64,000 nucleotides of DNA, from contig JAWMAR010000160.1 in the NCBI GenBank assembly GCA_036785375.1, forward strand, positions 2,418,001 to 2,482,000, given 5' to 3'. The first letter of the stretch is position 1, and each line of letters starts with the position of its first letter. A model generated the notes under the pieces. That model did no database searches, was not told the DNA's origin, and was given only the letters and a program-made list of their open reading frames with translations. This DNA is from Leucoraja ocellata. Taxonomy: Eukaryota. Shown here one piece after another: positions 24,201 to 35,899 of this stretch. The position numbers and the translations under genes are program-made.

Positions 24201-27200
24201 AGTATAATTACATGCATGCTACCACTGGGAGTTAATTACAGGTGAGCCCTGCATAATGGAAGTTCCGGTAAGGGAGGTTCGCCCTTACAGAATCACAAAT
24301 CAACACCAAAATATCAGGGATTTGAAAATAAAAATTTGTTGTAATGGAACTGAGTGCAAAAAAAGATTCATAGACAGCATTTTTTTATATCTCACAATTT
24401 TTGACGCATGCAGATGACACACCTTTGTGTTACAGAAAATTGTGATGTGGACTGTCTTCTCGAAATGGGGTGATGGCATAACGCTGGGGTCGACTGTAGA
24501 GAGCTGCAGCTCAGGAAGCTGGAGAGCAAAGTGGGGACACAGATCAATGTAAAAAAAAGCACATTCAGTTTTAATTCAATCACAAGATGGATTCCTCCAC
24601 AAAATGAGGCACTTTGTCTTGAGGATGGCAAACCCTTGATGTTATTACAGTAGTGATAGTTTACTAACTCCCTCCATGACTAATTATAGTGTGACATTGG
24701 CAATAAGAATACAATAACCTTCATTCTTCAATGAATCAGAAAGTACCCATGAATTGGTTACTGTGTAGAGCAGTTCAATACCAAATTGCAATACCAAAGG
24801 AAAATTCTGGGCGAAAACAGAAATAACAACTGCTTCTAGACTTCACTGATGCGTGTTGTGTGGCTAAGTGCTGCAGCTCTATGAGCTGTGACCTCACAGC
24901 TCCAGTGGCTCAGGTTCAATTCTGATCTAGGGTGCTGTCTGATTGGAGTTCGCATGTTCTCCCACGACCGACTTATTTCCTCCAGATGCTCCTGTTTCCC
25001 TCATGTTCCAAAGACGTGCTGGTTGATATATTAACTGGCTGCAGTATATTGTCCCAAGTATGTAGTGCCTTTGGTGGTAGAGGTAAAATCTAGGAGGTGG
25101 GGGGTGGCGGGTGGAGGCAGTAAAAGTTATATCAAATGGAGGGGAGAATAGATTGGGATTGGTGTAAAATAAGTGTAAATGAGTGTTTGATGGTTGATGG
25201 TTGGGGCAGAACTGTTGGGCTGAAGGGCCTGTTTCTGAACTGTATGACTCCATGTTTAATTAAACAGTATATTAGTTAAGTCAACATAGCACAGCTATAC
25301 AAATCCTAAAGTGTTTAAGAAGGAACTGCAGATACTGGAAAATCAAAGGTAGACAAATGTGCTGGAGTAACTCAGCGGGTGCGGTAGCATCTATGGAGCG
25401 AAGGAAATAGGCAACGTTTCGGGATGAAACCCTTCTTCAGACCTGAAGAAGGGTTTCGGCTCGAAACATTGCCTATTTCCTTCGCTCCATAGATACTGTC
25501 TCCAAATCCTAAATGTAGTTTTACAAGCCCCCTATCCTCGAGTTGATGTTAGAACTGAAAATATTAGTATTATTATCTTAGTTAAGGAAAACAAACATAT
25601 CTGCTGCTAATTCTTATCCAGTAACTCTTGGTGGATAATGCCCAAAGGATATCTCATTGAATGAGATATTGATTACATCCTCCACTGAAATTGACTACTG
25701 AAACTAAACCATCCCACTCCTCAATGCTCATCTTGTCCATTGGATGGTGCAGCCTAGTAAATAACCTTATCAATTGCTAACATTAATTCTTCAGGGAAGA
25801 AAACAAAAGAGTCAAATACTTGGGCCAAACACCCAGAAATTCCCTGAAACATTGTCTGCAAAAGGACTATTTCCAAGTTAGATTTCCTATCCTATTATAA
25901 CTATTAAAAACAACTGTCATTCTATTAGCATTCATTCAGTATATTCAGCATGAGAAATATTAATAAAAAGACAACTTTTACCACCAAGCGATTGAAGGAG
26001 ATAATCAAGACAATGACTGAATGTTTGATCAAAATGTTGGATAGAGAGGAGTGAGAGTGCGCTTGTTTGTAGTGGTTTAAGGGGAAAGTTCCAAAGCTTT
26101 AGGCAGAGGGAATTGCAAACAATGCTGCCAACTATACAACACAGCAATATGGATGGTCAAATGGCTGGAGGTGGAGCTGAACAAATGCAAAGATTGGAAA
26201 AAATGGTTTAGAGAGGTTAATGGATCTTCCAAAAATGTACAGTGACCATCAGTTAACACATTATACAAGGCAGACATGGAAAATGAGTTCAAGAATGATT
26301 TAGCACTCATCTCCCTGCTACCTTCAGGTAGAAGGTACAGGAGCCTGAAGACTGCAACAACCAGGTTCAGGAATAGCTACTTCCCCACAGCCATCAGGCT
26401 ATTAAACCTGGCTCGGACAAAACTCTGATTATTAATAACCCATTATCTGTTATTTGCACTTTATCAGTTTATTTATTCATGTGTGTATATATTTATATTA
26501 TGGTATATGGACACACTTATCTGTTTTGTAGTAAATGCCTACTATGTTCTGTGTGCTGAAGCAAAGCAAGAATTTCATTGCCCTATACAGGGACACATGA
26601 CAGTAAACTCACTTGAACTTGAACTTGGCTAATCTTCACTCTTAATGTTCTTTTCTTTCAGCAATAACTCTAGACCAGTTCACTGCAAAGAACGAAAAGA
26701 ATGTTTCAATTATGAACTGATTTGCGAAATCTCAGGTTATGAGGTGAGATGCAGATTTTCAATTTTGCAATTTACAGACAGCATACAGTGCATTGACTTG
26801 AAATGTTTTCGCAAGTTATAGGTATAAGAGTAGAATTTGGCCATTTGGTCCATCGAGTCTACTCCACCATTCAATCATGGCTGATCTCTATCTCCTAATA
26901 CCATTTTCCTGCCTTCTCCCCATAACCCTTGACACCCGTTGCTACATAATGAATAAATAGAAATTAAAGAAGTTGTCAGATTCTATCATTAGTTCCTTCA
27001 TAGATTCTTCGCCATCAAATAACTCTACAATACATCCAATAAAACAATTGTTAGAGAATGTATTCAACATACTAAATAAGTACTGACCCATAATAGATAA
27101 ATTCATGGTGCTATTGACACAATTGTCCTTTCAATACTGGATATGATTAGGATTTGAATTTGATTCAGACTAAATCTTATATTTATATGGGCCAAGTAGT

Positions 27201-30200
27201 GAAGCTGTTTGGAGGTGAACAAGGTGCTTAGTGTTTAACCATATTCTTTCATGTGCTGCTTCACATTCAGGTCCGTCATTATAAAGCATCAAGGTGGATA
27301 GCAACCAACGTTACAAGTTTTTTTATGGAATTCGCCAGCTATGAAGGATTCACAAAGCTCTTTCATTACATCCAAGGAAAAAACGAAGAAGGTAGAAAAT
27401 AACCTTGAATAGCAATTCATGTTACTGCAATAATTACCAGCAAATTACATATTATATTTCAAAGCAAAACAGTTCCTTTCACACAAGAAATTACAGAATA
27501 TTACAAAAATGTACTGCTGATTTACAAATCCGAAGACTTAGGTTCGATCCAGATCTTAGGTGTTGTGCACTGTCAGGGTAGACTTTGCACATCCTCCTTG
27601 TAACCATGTGGGGTTCCCTTCGTTGCTGGTTTGCTTCCTCATTCCAAGCACATTAATAAATCTAATGTTACTGTAAAATACCCCCCAGAGAGGGTAAATG
27701 CCAGAAAAGATTAAGGAGAGATTGATAGGCAAGAGAGAAAGAATAACTTATCGGAGTATCGTGAAAAAAATGTGACAGAAGATTGCCCCATTAATCATCC
27801 TCTCAGCCTGAATGGCACAACAGGAATCAAGAAAGATGGAGAAGCCACAACAGTGTTAAAAATAATGAAACTATTTTTTTACGTTTAGGTATTTGAAACT
27901 CATTAATATGTTTGCCCGGTTACTGAGAAAGGTTGTGTCAAGATTCTACAAACATCAAACAGGTTGGTGGTAAGATGCGTATTTTAGGAACAGAGGAAGG
28001 TGGAGACTCAGAGGAATCGAGAGGAAGGAATTATAAAGAAAGGGATGAAAGGTCATAAATGTGAGACATTAACTATTACTCTGTTCACAGACATTAACTG
28101 ACTTACTGGATATTTCCAGCATTCTCTGCTATATTTAAAAAATAAAGCATTTCACAAATGACTGGAATCAAAGTTTAGAGGGATCTGGATGTGATCTTGG
28201 AGGAAAACAACAATAGGCATGTTACTCTTAAGCATAAGAATGGTAAGAAAGAATGGTGCAATGATCTTGGGGAGCATGTATTGATACAGAATAGGTAATC
28301 AGCAATGCAACTTGTGAAGAGAGGAAGGCTGCTAGAAACTTTATTAGGGAGGAAATGGTGGAGGTACAAGATGAAAGTAAGCAGTCTTTGTGACAGTGAG
28401 GATATGAGAACTTAAATTTGTCACAGGGTCTCCACAGATGCAAATAGTCAGATTAGGACTAAAACAGTGGCTAGGTATGAAATGGGAAGTGACTAGTGAC
28501 CAATGTGTAGGATTCAAGTCTTCTTAGCATTTCCCGGAAAAAGTTACAATTTATTAAAATTGTACATCAAAAATTCCAAGAGTAATCAACAAAGCTGATG
28601 GACATAAAACAGTGCCTTGTTGATGCGTGTGTATACTTTGGCTGATCCCTTCTCTGTAGATAAAGTAACTGAGGGAACAAAACACAGATGAGGAAGAGGT
28701 GACAAAGTATGGTACTTTTAGCAACTCTCATAGTAATAATGAACATAGAAGCATATACTGTATAAGTTGCAACACAAAACACAAGTCATTAAACTAAACA
28801 GTTGTGTCAATGTTTTTTTCCGTACAAGTGAATCAAATTGTTCTATTCACATTTACCCACTCTGTTTACATATTGTTATTTCCCAAAGTTTTTCTTTAAT
28901 TTCGATACAAAATGTACAGCGATTACAGTACTAGAAACTATAAGGGGACTTTGAATAGGGCTATTTTAGTGTCATAGACCAATGAAAATGTATAGTGACA
29001 CAGTACACACGTTCTATTTTGCATATGCTGATATGCTGGAGAAAATCTGCATCAGGAAGGATTAGGTGAATAAATCACCAAGGTCTGACAGGATCTATCC
29101 AAAGGTGCTAAAGGAATATAGCGAGGATATTGCTGGGGCTCTAACAGAGACATTTTGCACGTTTGTTAGCAATTGTTGAAATAGCAGAAGTTGAGCAGTT
29201 GTCCCCTTGTTCAAAACTAGGTCGAGGTACAAGCCTGGAAACAATGGAACAGTACGCCTTACATCATTGGTGCGTAAATTGTTGGAGAAGATTCTGAGGG
29301 ACAGGTTTTATGTTCACTTGGAAAGACAGGAAATGATTAGTAGTCAGCTTGGGAGATCATGCCTCACAAAATTCATTTGAGTTTTTTTGAGGCGGCAACT
29401 AAGAAAATTGATGAAGGCAAAACACTGGACAAACACTTGGTTAAAACAATGGATAAGCATCCTAATATTTGGACTATTGAGATCAAACATGAGTTTGAAT
29501 CCCAGCATGACAGCTGGCTAGTTGTGTACAGTAACCTCGTGCTAACGGACCATATGGGGGAATGGTGTCCATTATTGTCGATTGTCCACTATAACCAAGT
29601 ACGGTATTATCACTGCATAAGTGGTATAAAGAAACAACTGCAGTCTCTGGTTAATACACAAATGAACACAGAGTGCTGGAGTAACTCAGCTGGTCAAGCA
29701 TCATCTCTGGAGAACATGGTTGGGTTTCGTTTCGCGTCGGGAATCCAAGTGGGTTGACCGTCCTGGGCTGCTGGCGGCTTGCGGAGAGGCAAGAAATTGG
29801 TAGCAGCCCGCCGGTGTGCAGATAATGGTGGTGGCGGCTGTGGTGTCAGCTATGGCTGTGATGGTGGAGGTGGCAGCGGCATTGACAGTAGTGTTGGGAG
29901 GTAGCTGTGGTGATGGCGGTGGCATTGTCAGGCATGGCTGGGATGGCAGTAGTGACTGCGGTGATGGTGGCGACTACGGTGGTGGCAGCAGCATCAGTGG
30001 TAGTGACGGTTGGGGGAGCATCTGAGCTGGTGGTGAAGGCAGTGGCAACAGGCGCAGCCTGGAACCGATCAGGGTGGCGGTGGTGGTGACTATGGTGGTG
30101 GTGCCGAAGGTGGCCACAATGGTGGCAGGCGGTGCCTGGTGTGGTCAGGGTGGCAGTGGTGGTAGTAGTGGCGGTGATGGTGACAGGCAGGGCCTGGAAG

Positions 30201-32807
30201 GGGGAAGATCTGGAGCAGCCGGGGAGGCAGTGATAGACATGGCAGCAGCGTGATCCAGAGACGCCCCATGCTGCAGCGGTGGGTGAAATGGTGCCAGCAT
30301 TATACATCAATCCATTATACAGAGGTCCATTAAATCGAGGGTTTACTGTAATTAAATAAAAGGGGAATTCATGTTATTGGTAACAGTGCCCATTGGATTG
30401 TTGTAAATGTCACGTGCTTCATTTCCTTTGAGGACGATAATTTGCAATTCTTATCTGGTCTTGCCCATGTGAAATTTCTGTTAAAATTATCCTCAGATAG
30501 TCTTGCAAGCTTGTGGTTGAGAAACAGTCAGAAGTAAACAATAAATGTGGGTCTTGCCTCTAATATATGTATCCCATCGATGATTTTTAATATCAAACAT
30601 ACTTGCTGACCACTGCCTGATTTAACCTTGCGTTCTTTTCTGTTCAACTTGACATGGCTTCGGACCACAGGATTTTCAGCAGACAGACAGTATATTGACA
30701 TAGTATGAAGATTATATTCTGCATCTATAACTTATTTTTCCAGGATTTCTACCAATCCCTGTCAAGCTGTGACATATAGGGATATATTCTACCGATTATG
30801 ACCAAATTATTTATTATTATTTCAACACAGGCAAGAAAATTGACATGACAGCTCCTGTTCTGCTTAAGATCCCTGAAAATGAAAGAATAATGGAAATCAA
30901 GAACTACACTATACACATTTTGTTGCCAGCTATTTTTCACGAAAATCCCCCAACACCCATTGACTCTGACGTAAGTATTTCAAGATTGGTGTATAGAGCG
31001 GGAACCAATTACATTTGATTCTAAATAGACACAAAATGCAGGAGGAACTCAGCTGGACAGGCAGCATCTCTGAAGAGAAGGAATGGGTGACCTTTCTGGT
31101 CGAGACCCTTCTTCAGACATTTGTTTCTCCCTCTTTGTGAAACATTATTATTCAGTGGTTGAAAGGCAGGGCATCAATGCACTCAATATATTCAATATCA
31201 CTTTTCACATGGCTATCAAGTGAGTGAATTAACCTCTAATTTCAAGTAATATTCTGAAGTGGGGGCCTATGGATAAAAGTGAATCTGCCTAACACATATT
31301 AGCAACTTAACGCAACAAGGTATGAAGGTCATTTAACTTAAACCGCTGGGCACTTTATAAATTTGTTATTAATTCATTAGCTCCAAGCTACATAGATGTA
31401 CTGCATCACAACAGTAAATTATTTTCTTAAGAAGTTGCCACTGAAATGCCACAACTAAAATGTGTCTATCCAGGCAGCAACGCTGTTCATTTACCTCAAA
31501 ACAAGCTCGACTCAAGAATATTTATTTTCAGTTTAATAATTTTTGTTTTAATAATTCTCTTTATATGCTAAAATCTAGATTGTATTGACTCATGAATACT
31601 GGCTGCGTGGCTTAGCAATGTATAGAAGGAGAAAAAGAGACAAGTTTTGCCCTTGAAGCTTTTACTCTCTGAAGACTAACATCACATTTCCATTAATTGC
31701 CTATCAAATTAGATGTAACTTATTAAGTTTTGGATTTTAGACTAAAACCTAAAAGTTATCCTTTTATGGTGCTAGTATAACTACGATGAACTTTTAATAT
31801 AGGGATTCCTTTTATCACATTAAGCAATTGATTCCTGTCATTTAACATTTCCAATTTTTATCTGGCGACACCTAATCATTTTTCTTTCATATGAATAGGT
31901 TTATTTTATTGATTTACCAGAGATGTATGCTTTCGTGAAATCCTTTGGGGGCTGGTTACTGACATGGAATTCAAAATTCTATTCCTCAAGACTGAAAGCA
32001 CAACTGAGTAAAGCTGACCGCAAATTTGTCTCCGGCTATTATTATGGTGCTGGCTACAACAGGTAAAAATATGACCAGTTTGTTGCTTGAATTTGGTGTA
32101 AAACTGGATAATATAGTGAAAGGATTACCCCTGTGGTTTAAGACATTTTCTGTCCTTTATTTAGTTCAAATATTTTAAATGGGCAGATAATCCTTTAACT
32201 TCACCTGTTGAACATCTATGCAACACAGTTGGCAATCTGAGTGCAGGATAACTGCCTACATCAGATGCCAATGATGAGAGAGTAAGGTCCAACGGAAGTA
32301 GAGTATACTTTTTACAGCTGTTTAATATAATGATATCAAGAACGGTACTGTGGTGATAAATTGCTGCTCTAATATGGGACAATAGATGTTTCAAATTAAT
32401 TTCTCACATTATGAGATTGGAGTCCTGGCAATTGCAATGGTAAAAGAAGTCAAGCAAAAGCAAAATATCTGAAAAGAGGAAAATCGTTGTGTGAATACTT
32501 TTAATAGTGGCTAGGTTATGGAGACAGAATGTGCCCATCTTCCTTGTCATTTTTTTGTTTCCTCGCATCAGCTCAGAAGAGGTGGAAGTTGAAGATAAAG
32601 AGTGGGGGTAATGTTTCAATCCGTAACGTGCATTATGTATGTTAATTTGCAAGTATTCACCTCAGTAAAAATTGACTTTATTAAAATAACTTTTTTATTT
32701 ATTTTTTGTATAGCCCTATGACATTAATTGATCGGCACAATGAAGTGTGGTATGTCGCAGAAGGAACTCCAGTATGTTCAACCTCAGACCCTGACTTGGC
32801 CATATAG
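21282..32807 (+). CDS. soul5: SOUL/heme-binding protein 2-like (soul5-type, probably secreted), whole gene span; join(21282-21283,23865-23921,26662-26743,27271-27391,30831-30970,31899-32062,32714-32807), 219 aa
   Basis: Seven GT-AG exons with consistent phases total 660 nt with no internal stop: MYWMRLILFLLFGPMEISNSNNSRPVHCKERKECFNYELICEISGYEVRHYKASRWIATNVTSFFMEFASYEGFTKLFHYIQGKNEEGKKIDMTAPVLLKIPENERIMEIKNYTIHILLPAIFHENPPTPIDSDVYFIDLPEMYAFVKSFGGWLLTWNSKFYSSRLKAQLSKADRKFVSGYYYGAGYNSPMTLIDRHNEVWYVAEGTPVCSTSDPDLAI*. Contains SOUL hallmarks YEVRHY, LFxYIxG, MTAPV, PPxP, FGG, YNSP, RHNEVW. The family is secure; the soul5 symbol is from recalled teleost sequences and is tentative. Confidence 0.93.
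23865..23921 (+). CDS. soul5: SOUL gene exon 2 (signal-peptide-like, YWMRLILFLLFGPMEISN)
   Basis: Polypyrimidine acceptor ctttttatccttag|; donor ag|gtcaga; 57 nt, phase 2-2. Confidence 0.8.
24239..24496. mobile_element. Tigger-like MITE
   Basis: TA|caggtgagccctgcataatgg ... gcataacgctggggtcgactg|TA; imperfect TIRs. Confidence 0.55.
24858..25252 (+). mobile_element. HE1/V-SINE-like SINE, near full length, diverged
   Basis: tRNA-like head (gtggctaagtg...ggttcaattct), V-domain, tail gggctgaagggcctgtttct..actgtatgactc. Confidence 0.8.
25313..25500. mobile_element. Penelope-like termini, back-to-back inverted pair
   Basis: ...gcaacgtttcgggatgaaacccttcttcag ac ctgaagaagggtttcggctcgaaacattgcc...; arms of about 55 nt. 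Confidence 0.9.
26308..26627 (+). mobile_element. Rex1/Babar LINE 3' end
   Basis: SLLPSGRRYRSLKTATTRFRNSYFPTAIRLLN, 3'UTR and (cttgaa)n tail. Confidence 0.88.
26662..26743 (+). CDS. soul5: SOUL gene exon 3 (NNSRPVHCKERKECFNYELICEISGYE)
   Basis: ttttctttcag| ... gag|gtgaga; Cys-containing N-terminal segment of secreted-type SOUL proteins. Confidence 0.92.
27271..27391 (+). CDS. soul5: SOUL gene exon 4 (VRHYKASRW...LFHYIQGKNEE)
   Basis: cacattcag| ... g|gtagaa; SOUL motifs VRHY and LFHYIQG. Confidence 0.95.
29040..29430 (+). mobile_element. CR1 ORF2 fragment
   Basis: KSPRSDRIYPKVLKE...PLFK...LTSLVRKLLEKILRD...SCLTK..FFEAATKKIDEG. Confidence 0.8.
29529..30348. mobile_element. Tigger-like MITE (CAGTAAACCCTCG TIR) with GGT/GGC-rich interior and a nested Penelope-like fragment
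   Basis: TA|cagtaacctcgtgctaacggacc ... ggtccattaaatcgagggtttactg|TA. Confidence 0.8.
30831..30970 (+). CDS. soul5: SOUL gene exon 5 (KKIDMTAPV...NPPTPIDSD)
   Basis: caacacag| ... gac|gtaagt; MTAPV and PPTP motifs. Confidence 0.95.
31025..31118 (-). mobile_element. Penelope-like terminal fragment
   Basis: tagacacaaaatgcaggaggaactcagc...gtcgagacccttcttcagac. Confidence 0.85.
31899..32062 (+). CDS. soul5: SOUL gene exon 6 (VYFIDLPEMYAFVKSFGGW...GAGYN)
   Basis: gaatag| ... ag|gtaaaa; VKSFGG and GYN motifs. Confidence 0.95.
32714..32807 (+). CDS. soul5: SOUL gene exon 7, terminal (PMTLIDRHNEVWYVAEGTPVC...AI*)
   Basis: ttttttgtatag|; RHNEVW motif; TAG at 32805-32807. Confidence 0.95.
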
Positions 32808-33276
32808 GAACCTCTTGAAGAACTTTCCATGTGACATTTTGTCTGCTCCATGCTAAAACATATCATATTTGTAATCATAGCTTGTGGCATCAAAGAAAGG
32901 AAATTATTACCAGTCTGGATTGACAGAACATGGCTGATGACATTCTACTCTTATTGCTCGAAAAACACACTGATCATTATTTACCGCTTTTAAAATTGCG
33001 AGATTAGATTAACATAGGTCATGATATTAAGCTTCTTGTACCAAAGCTAAAACGTTTTTGCATGACGGATTTCTTTTGCATTCTAATAGTTGTTAGTATT
33101 TAATTATAAGAGATGAATAAGTTTTCATTCTTTCCAGGATCCTTTCACTTTTTTGCTCTTCAATGCCTCAGCTCTCAACAGATAATTGACCACATGAACA
33201 TTTTAAACTACTGGCAACAAAAAAAAACTGTACTGATATTTTGTTACACAAATATGAACATCTGACACGATAGCAA

Positions 33277-33282
33277 AATAAA
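33277..33282 (+). terminator. Candidate polyadenylation signal of the SOUL gene
   Basis: AATAAA about 470 nt after the stop, followed by T/GT-rich sequence. Confidence 0.45.
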
Positions 33283-33651
33283 CTTTGCTGATTTGGCTTT
33301 TGAGAAATAATTGTGAGGTTAAATAATTATTTGTTGTTTTCAATCTTCTAGTTTTTCCAGCACTTAATTGATGCTACAATTGGTGGCCACAAAACTGCCC
33401 AGGGGATATCTTAAAACAATAATTGAGTAATGTGGTAATGTGGTATTTCAATATTGAACATAACTATGTTATTACTTCAGCCTTGTCAGAATTTTCAGTA
33501 ATCTCTGTTGTGAGACTTCATACCATGGAATTATTCAACAAATGTCATGCTTCATTGGAGCCTCTGTAGGACGCAATGGTTTACTACATCTAATGTTTGA
33601 AATATAATATGAACATCTCACTAGGCAATTAACTTTAATTCATCACCTGCA

Positions 33652-34243
33652 CAGTAAACCCTCACAATTATGGACATCAATACAACGGATTTCGATTATT
33701 GTGGACCGAGGCTTCCGTTTGTGGTGGTTGGCCGGCAGCGCACAGCGTAGTGGGCAGGTGGCGGCGGGGAGAGATCGAACAGTAAAGCACTCTTGAAGAG
33801 TGTTGCAGCGTTTGCTCCAAAGTGAGGTCCTGGGGTGTTAGATGCAGACACAGTGCATGCCACTGAATTACCCTGGCAGTGTGTGCCTTTGTTGCATGAT
33901 AATGGAGGGAGGTTCCCATTGCACCGCCCCCCCCACTTCCTCCATGTTACCATGAGCCGGCGCCACGTGGCATGCTTCCTGTTGTGGGAGCAGAGAAAGT
34001 GAGCAGCATGAAGGCGGCATGAGTACTGGGCCCGCATCCAGTGCACTGCATGTGGGGACAGGGGCTCTGCAACTCCTCGCCCTGTGAACTCCCGCTGGTT
34101 TAACCCTCACTCCAATGCCGCATTTATTCCCACCCGGCGTTAGGTTAATCTTTATTATTTACCTCCCACACCCGGTTACAACGGATAATCAGCAATATCG
34201 TAACCATTCTCCCCTGGTGGTTCGTTATTGCGAGGGTTTACTG
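33652..34243. mobile_element. Tigger-like MITE (CAGTAAACCCTC TIR)
   Basis: cagtaaaccctcacaatta ... ttattgcgagggtttactg; subterminal blocks homologous to 29529-30348 in the opposite orientation. Confidence 0.8.
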
Positions 34244-34743
34244 TTCTTCATAACTACAAATTAATTCTTAAAGAGAAAATTCACCTTTTCAAATATGCCC
34301 ATATATTGAATCTGATATTCTATATGTCTGAATAATAAATTGTATTTGCGAATGCAAGCTGTTATATAGTTCATTGTGCTAAATAAAATAGTTATTTGTT
34401 GAATATCATTTTTATGTCTTTCTATGATGTTGTTTCCAGCTGTTTTTCCATCTCCATATCACTCTAATCCCCTACCTGAACACAGAGATCTTCATTGAAA
34501 ATAAACTGTGAAGGGGAGAATTATAAGGCAAATTTATTTTATTTGCTGTCAGCATAAAGCCTCAGCTGCTGTAAGTACATTTCGGGAAATCTCATTTAAT
34601 TTAACATGTGGTAAACCAATGTCCATTCCCAACAGTGGGGCTACCTACCATCATCATTTATTGCTTTTTTGAATTTATCTATTTGTTGAAATCTGGGCAT
34701 TGCTGACAAAGCCAGCATTTATTGCCCATCACATTTTTCCCTT

Positions 34744-35403
34744 TTTTTTTTTAAATCAAAAAATGTATTCAATTATTAAAAAAATAATATTTACACTACA
34801 ATAAAACAAGCCAGAACCCACCACCATAAATACAATACAAACATATATCCATAATAAACTATTATACAATTATTATACAATCCTTATTGAGGATACATTC
34901 AACACCCTGCGGAGCCCAGCGGTCCCGGAACTCCCTCAGGGTGCCCACAGACAGGGCGTATTCCCTTTCTAATCCCACCCGGGCACGGACGTAACCCCGG
35001 AAAAGGGCAGGCAGCTGGCTCGGGTAAAGCCCTCCACCGTCTGGCGCCATGACTCGCGGATGGCCAGCTTGGCCAGGCCCAGGAGCAACCCAACCAGGAC
35101 ATCTTCAGCCCTACCCTCTCCCCTATGCACAGGGTGTCCAAAGATGAGGATGGTGGATGAAAACTGCAGCCAGAAGGCAAGGAGCAGCCCCTTTAGATAT
35201 TCAAACAGTGGCTGCAGCCTCACGCACTCCATGTACACGTGGTACACAGACTCTTCCAGCCCGCAAAAGTGGCAGGCGGCTGTCGAGTCTATGAACCGCG
35301 AGAGAAACAGGTTGCAGGGAACACCTCGGTGCAATACCCTCCACCCCAGGTCCCCAATGTAGAGGGGGAGAATCCCTGCGTAGAGGGACCCCCACCGGGG
35401 GCC
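34744..35403 (-). mobile_element. Tx1-clade LINE, 5'-truncated 3' end with poly(A) and 15-bp TSD
   Basis: ORF2 C-terminal zinc knuckle CHFCGLEESVYHVYMEC...LLLGLAKLAI...FRDRWAP; T-run at 34742-34752; tcacatttttccctt at 34729-34743 and 35404-35418. Confidence 0.92.
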
Positions 35404-35804
35404 TCACATTTTTCCCTTGGGAGGTTGGTGGTGAGCCACTTTGTTGAACTGCTAAAATTGTGCTGTGAACATATATCAATAACGTTGTTGAGAGGGGGCT
35501 CTAGGATTTTACGCCCAGCATTGATGAAGAAATAGCAATATATTTACAAGTCAAATGGTGTGTAACTTGAATGACAGTGCAGTGACGATTGTGTTTCCCT
35601 ACTCCTGGAGATTTTCTTATTCACATTTGAACCAATGCCTGAAAATTTCATGGGGTCTGGAGTCATTACTGGGAATCTTTGGAACTCTCTTCATCAAAGA
35701 TTGTGAAAGCAGAATTGATAAATATTTAGGCACAGGTAGATAGATTCTTGATAAGCAAGGGTCGAATGGTTCCGATAAATGGAATGATGGAGTTCAATCA
35801 GCCA

Positions 35805-35899
35805 GAATTAGGCCTCTCGGCTAATTTCAGTCTACTCTGCCATTCGTGCCGTAGAGTACAGTAGGCAGAGTAGACTGAAATAGCCGAGAGGCCTAATTC
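35805..35899. repeat. 36-bp inverted repeat (hairpin) within an old CR1 tail
   Basis: gaattaggcctctcggcta(a)tttcagtctactctgcc, 22-nt loop, ggcagagtagactgaaatagccgagaggcctaattc. Confidence 0.95.

Noticed and set aside
29701-30310. Ala/Thr/Val/Gly/His-rich ORFs resembling mucin or antifreeze proteins
   Set aside because: GGT/GGC low-complexity interior of a TIR element within a SOUL intron; open in several frames on both strands
30749-32893. - strand ORFs and apparent exons at 30749-30940, 32161-32394, 32404-32652 and 32699-32893
   Set aside because: They overlap or lie between SOUL exons on the opposite strand and give no coherent protein
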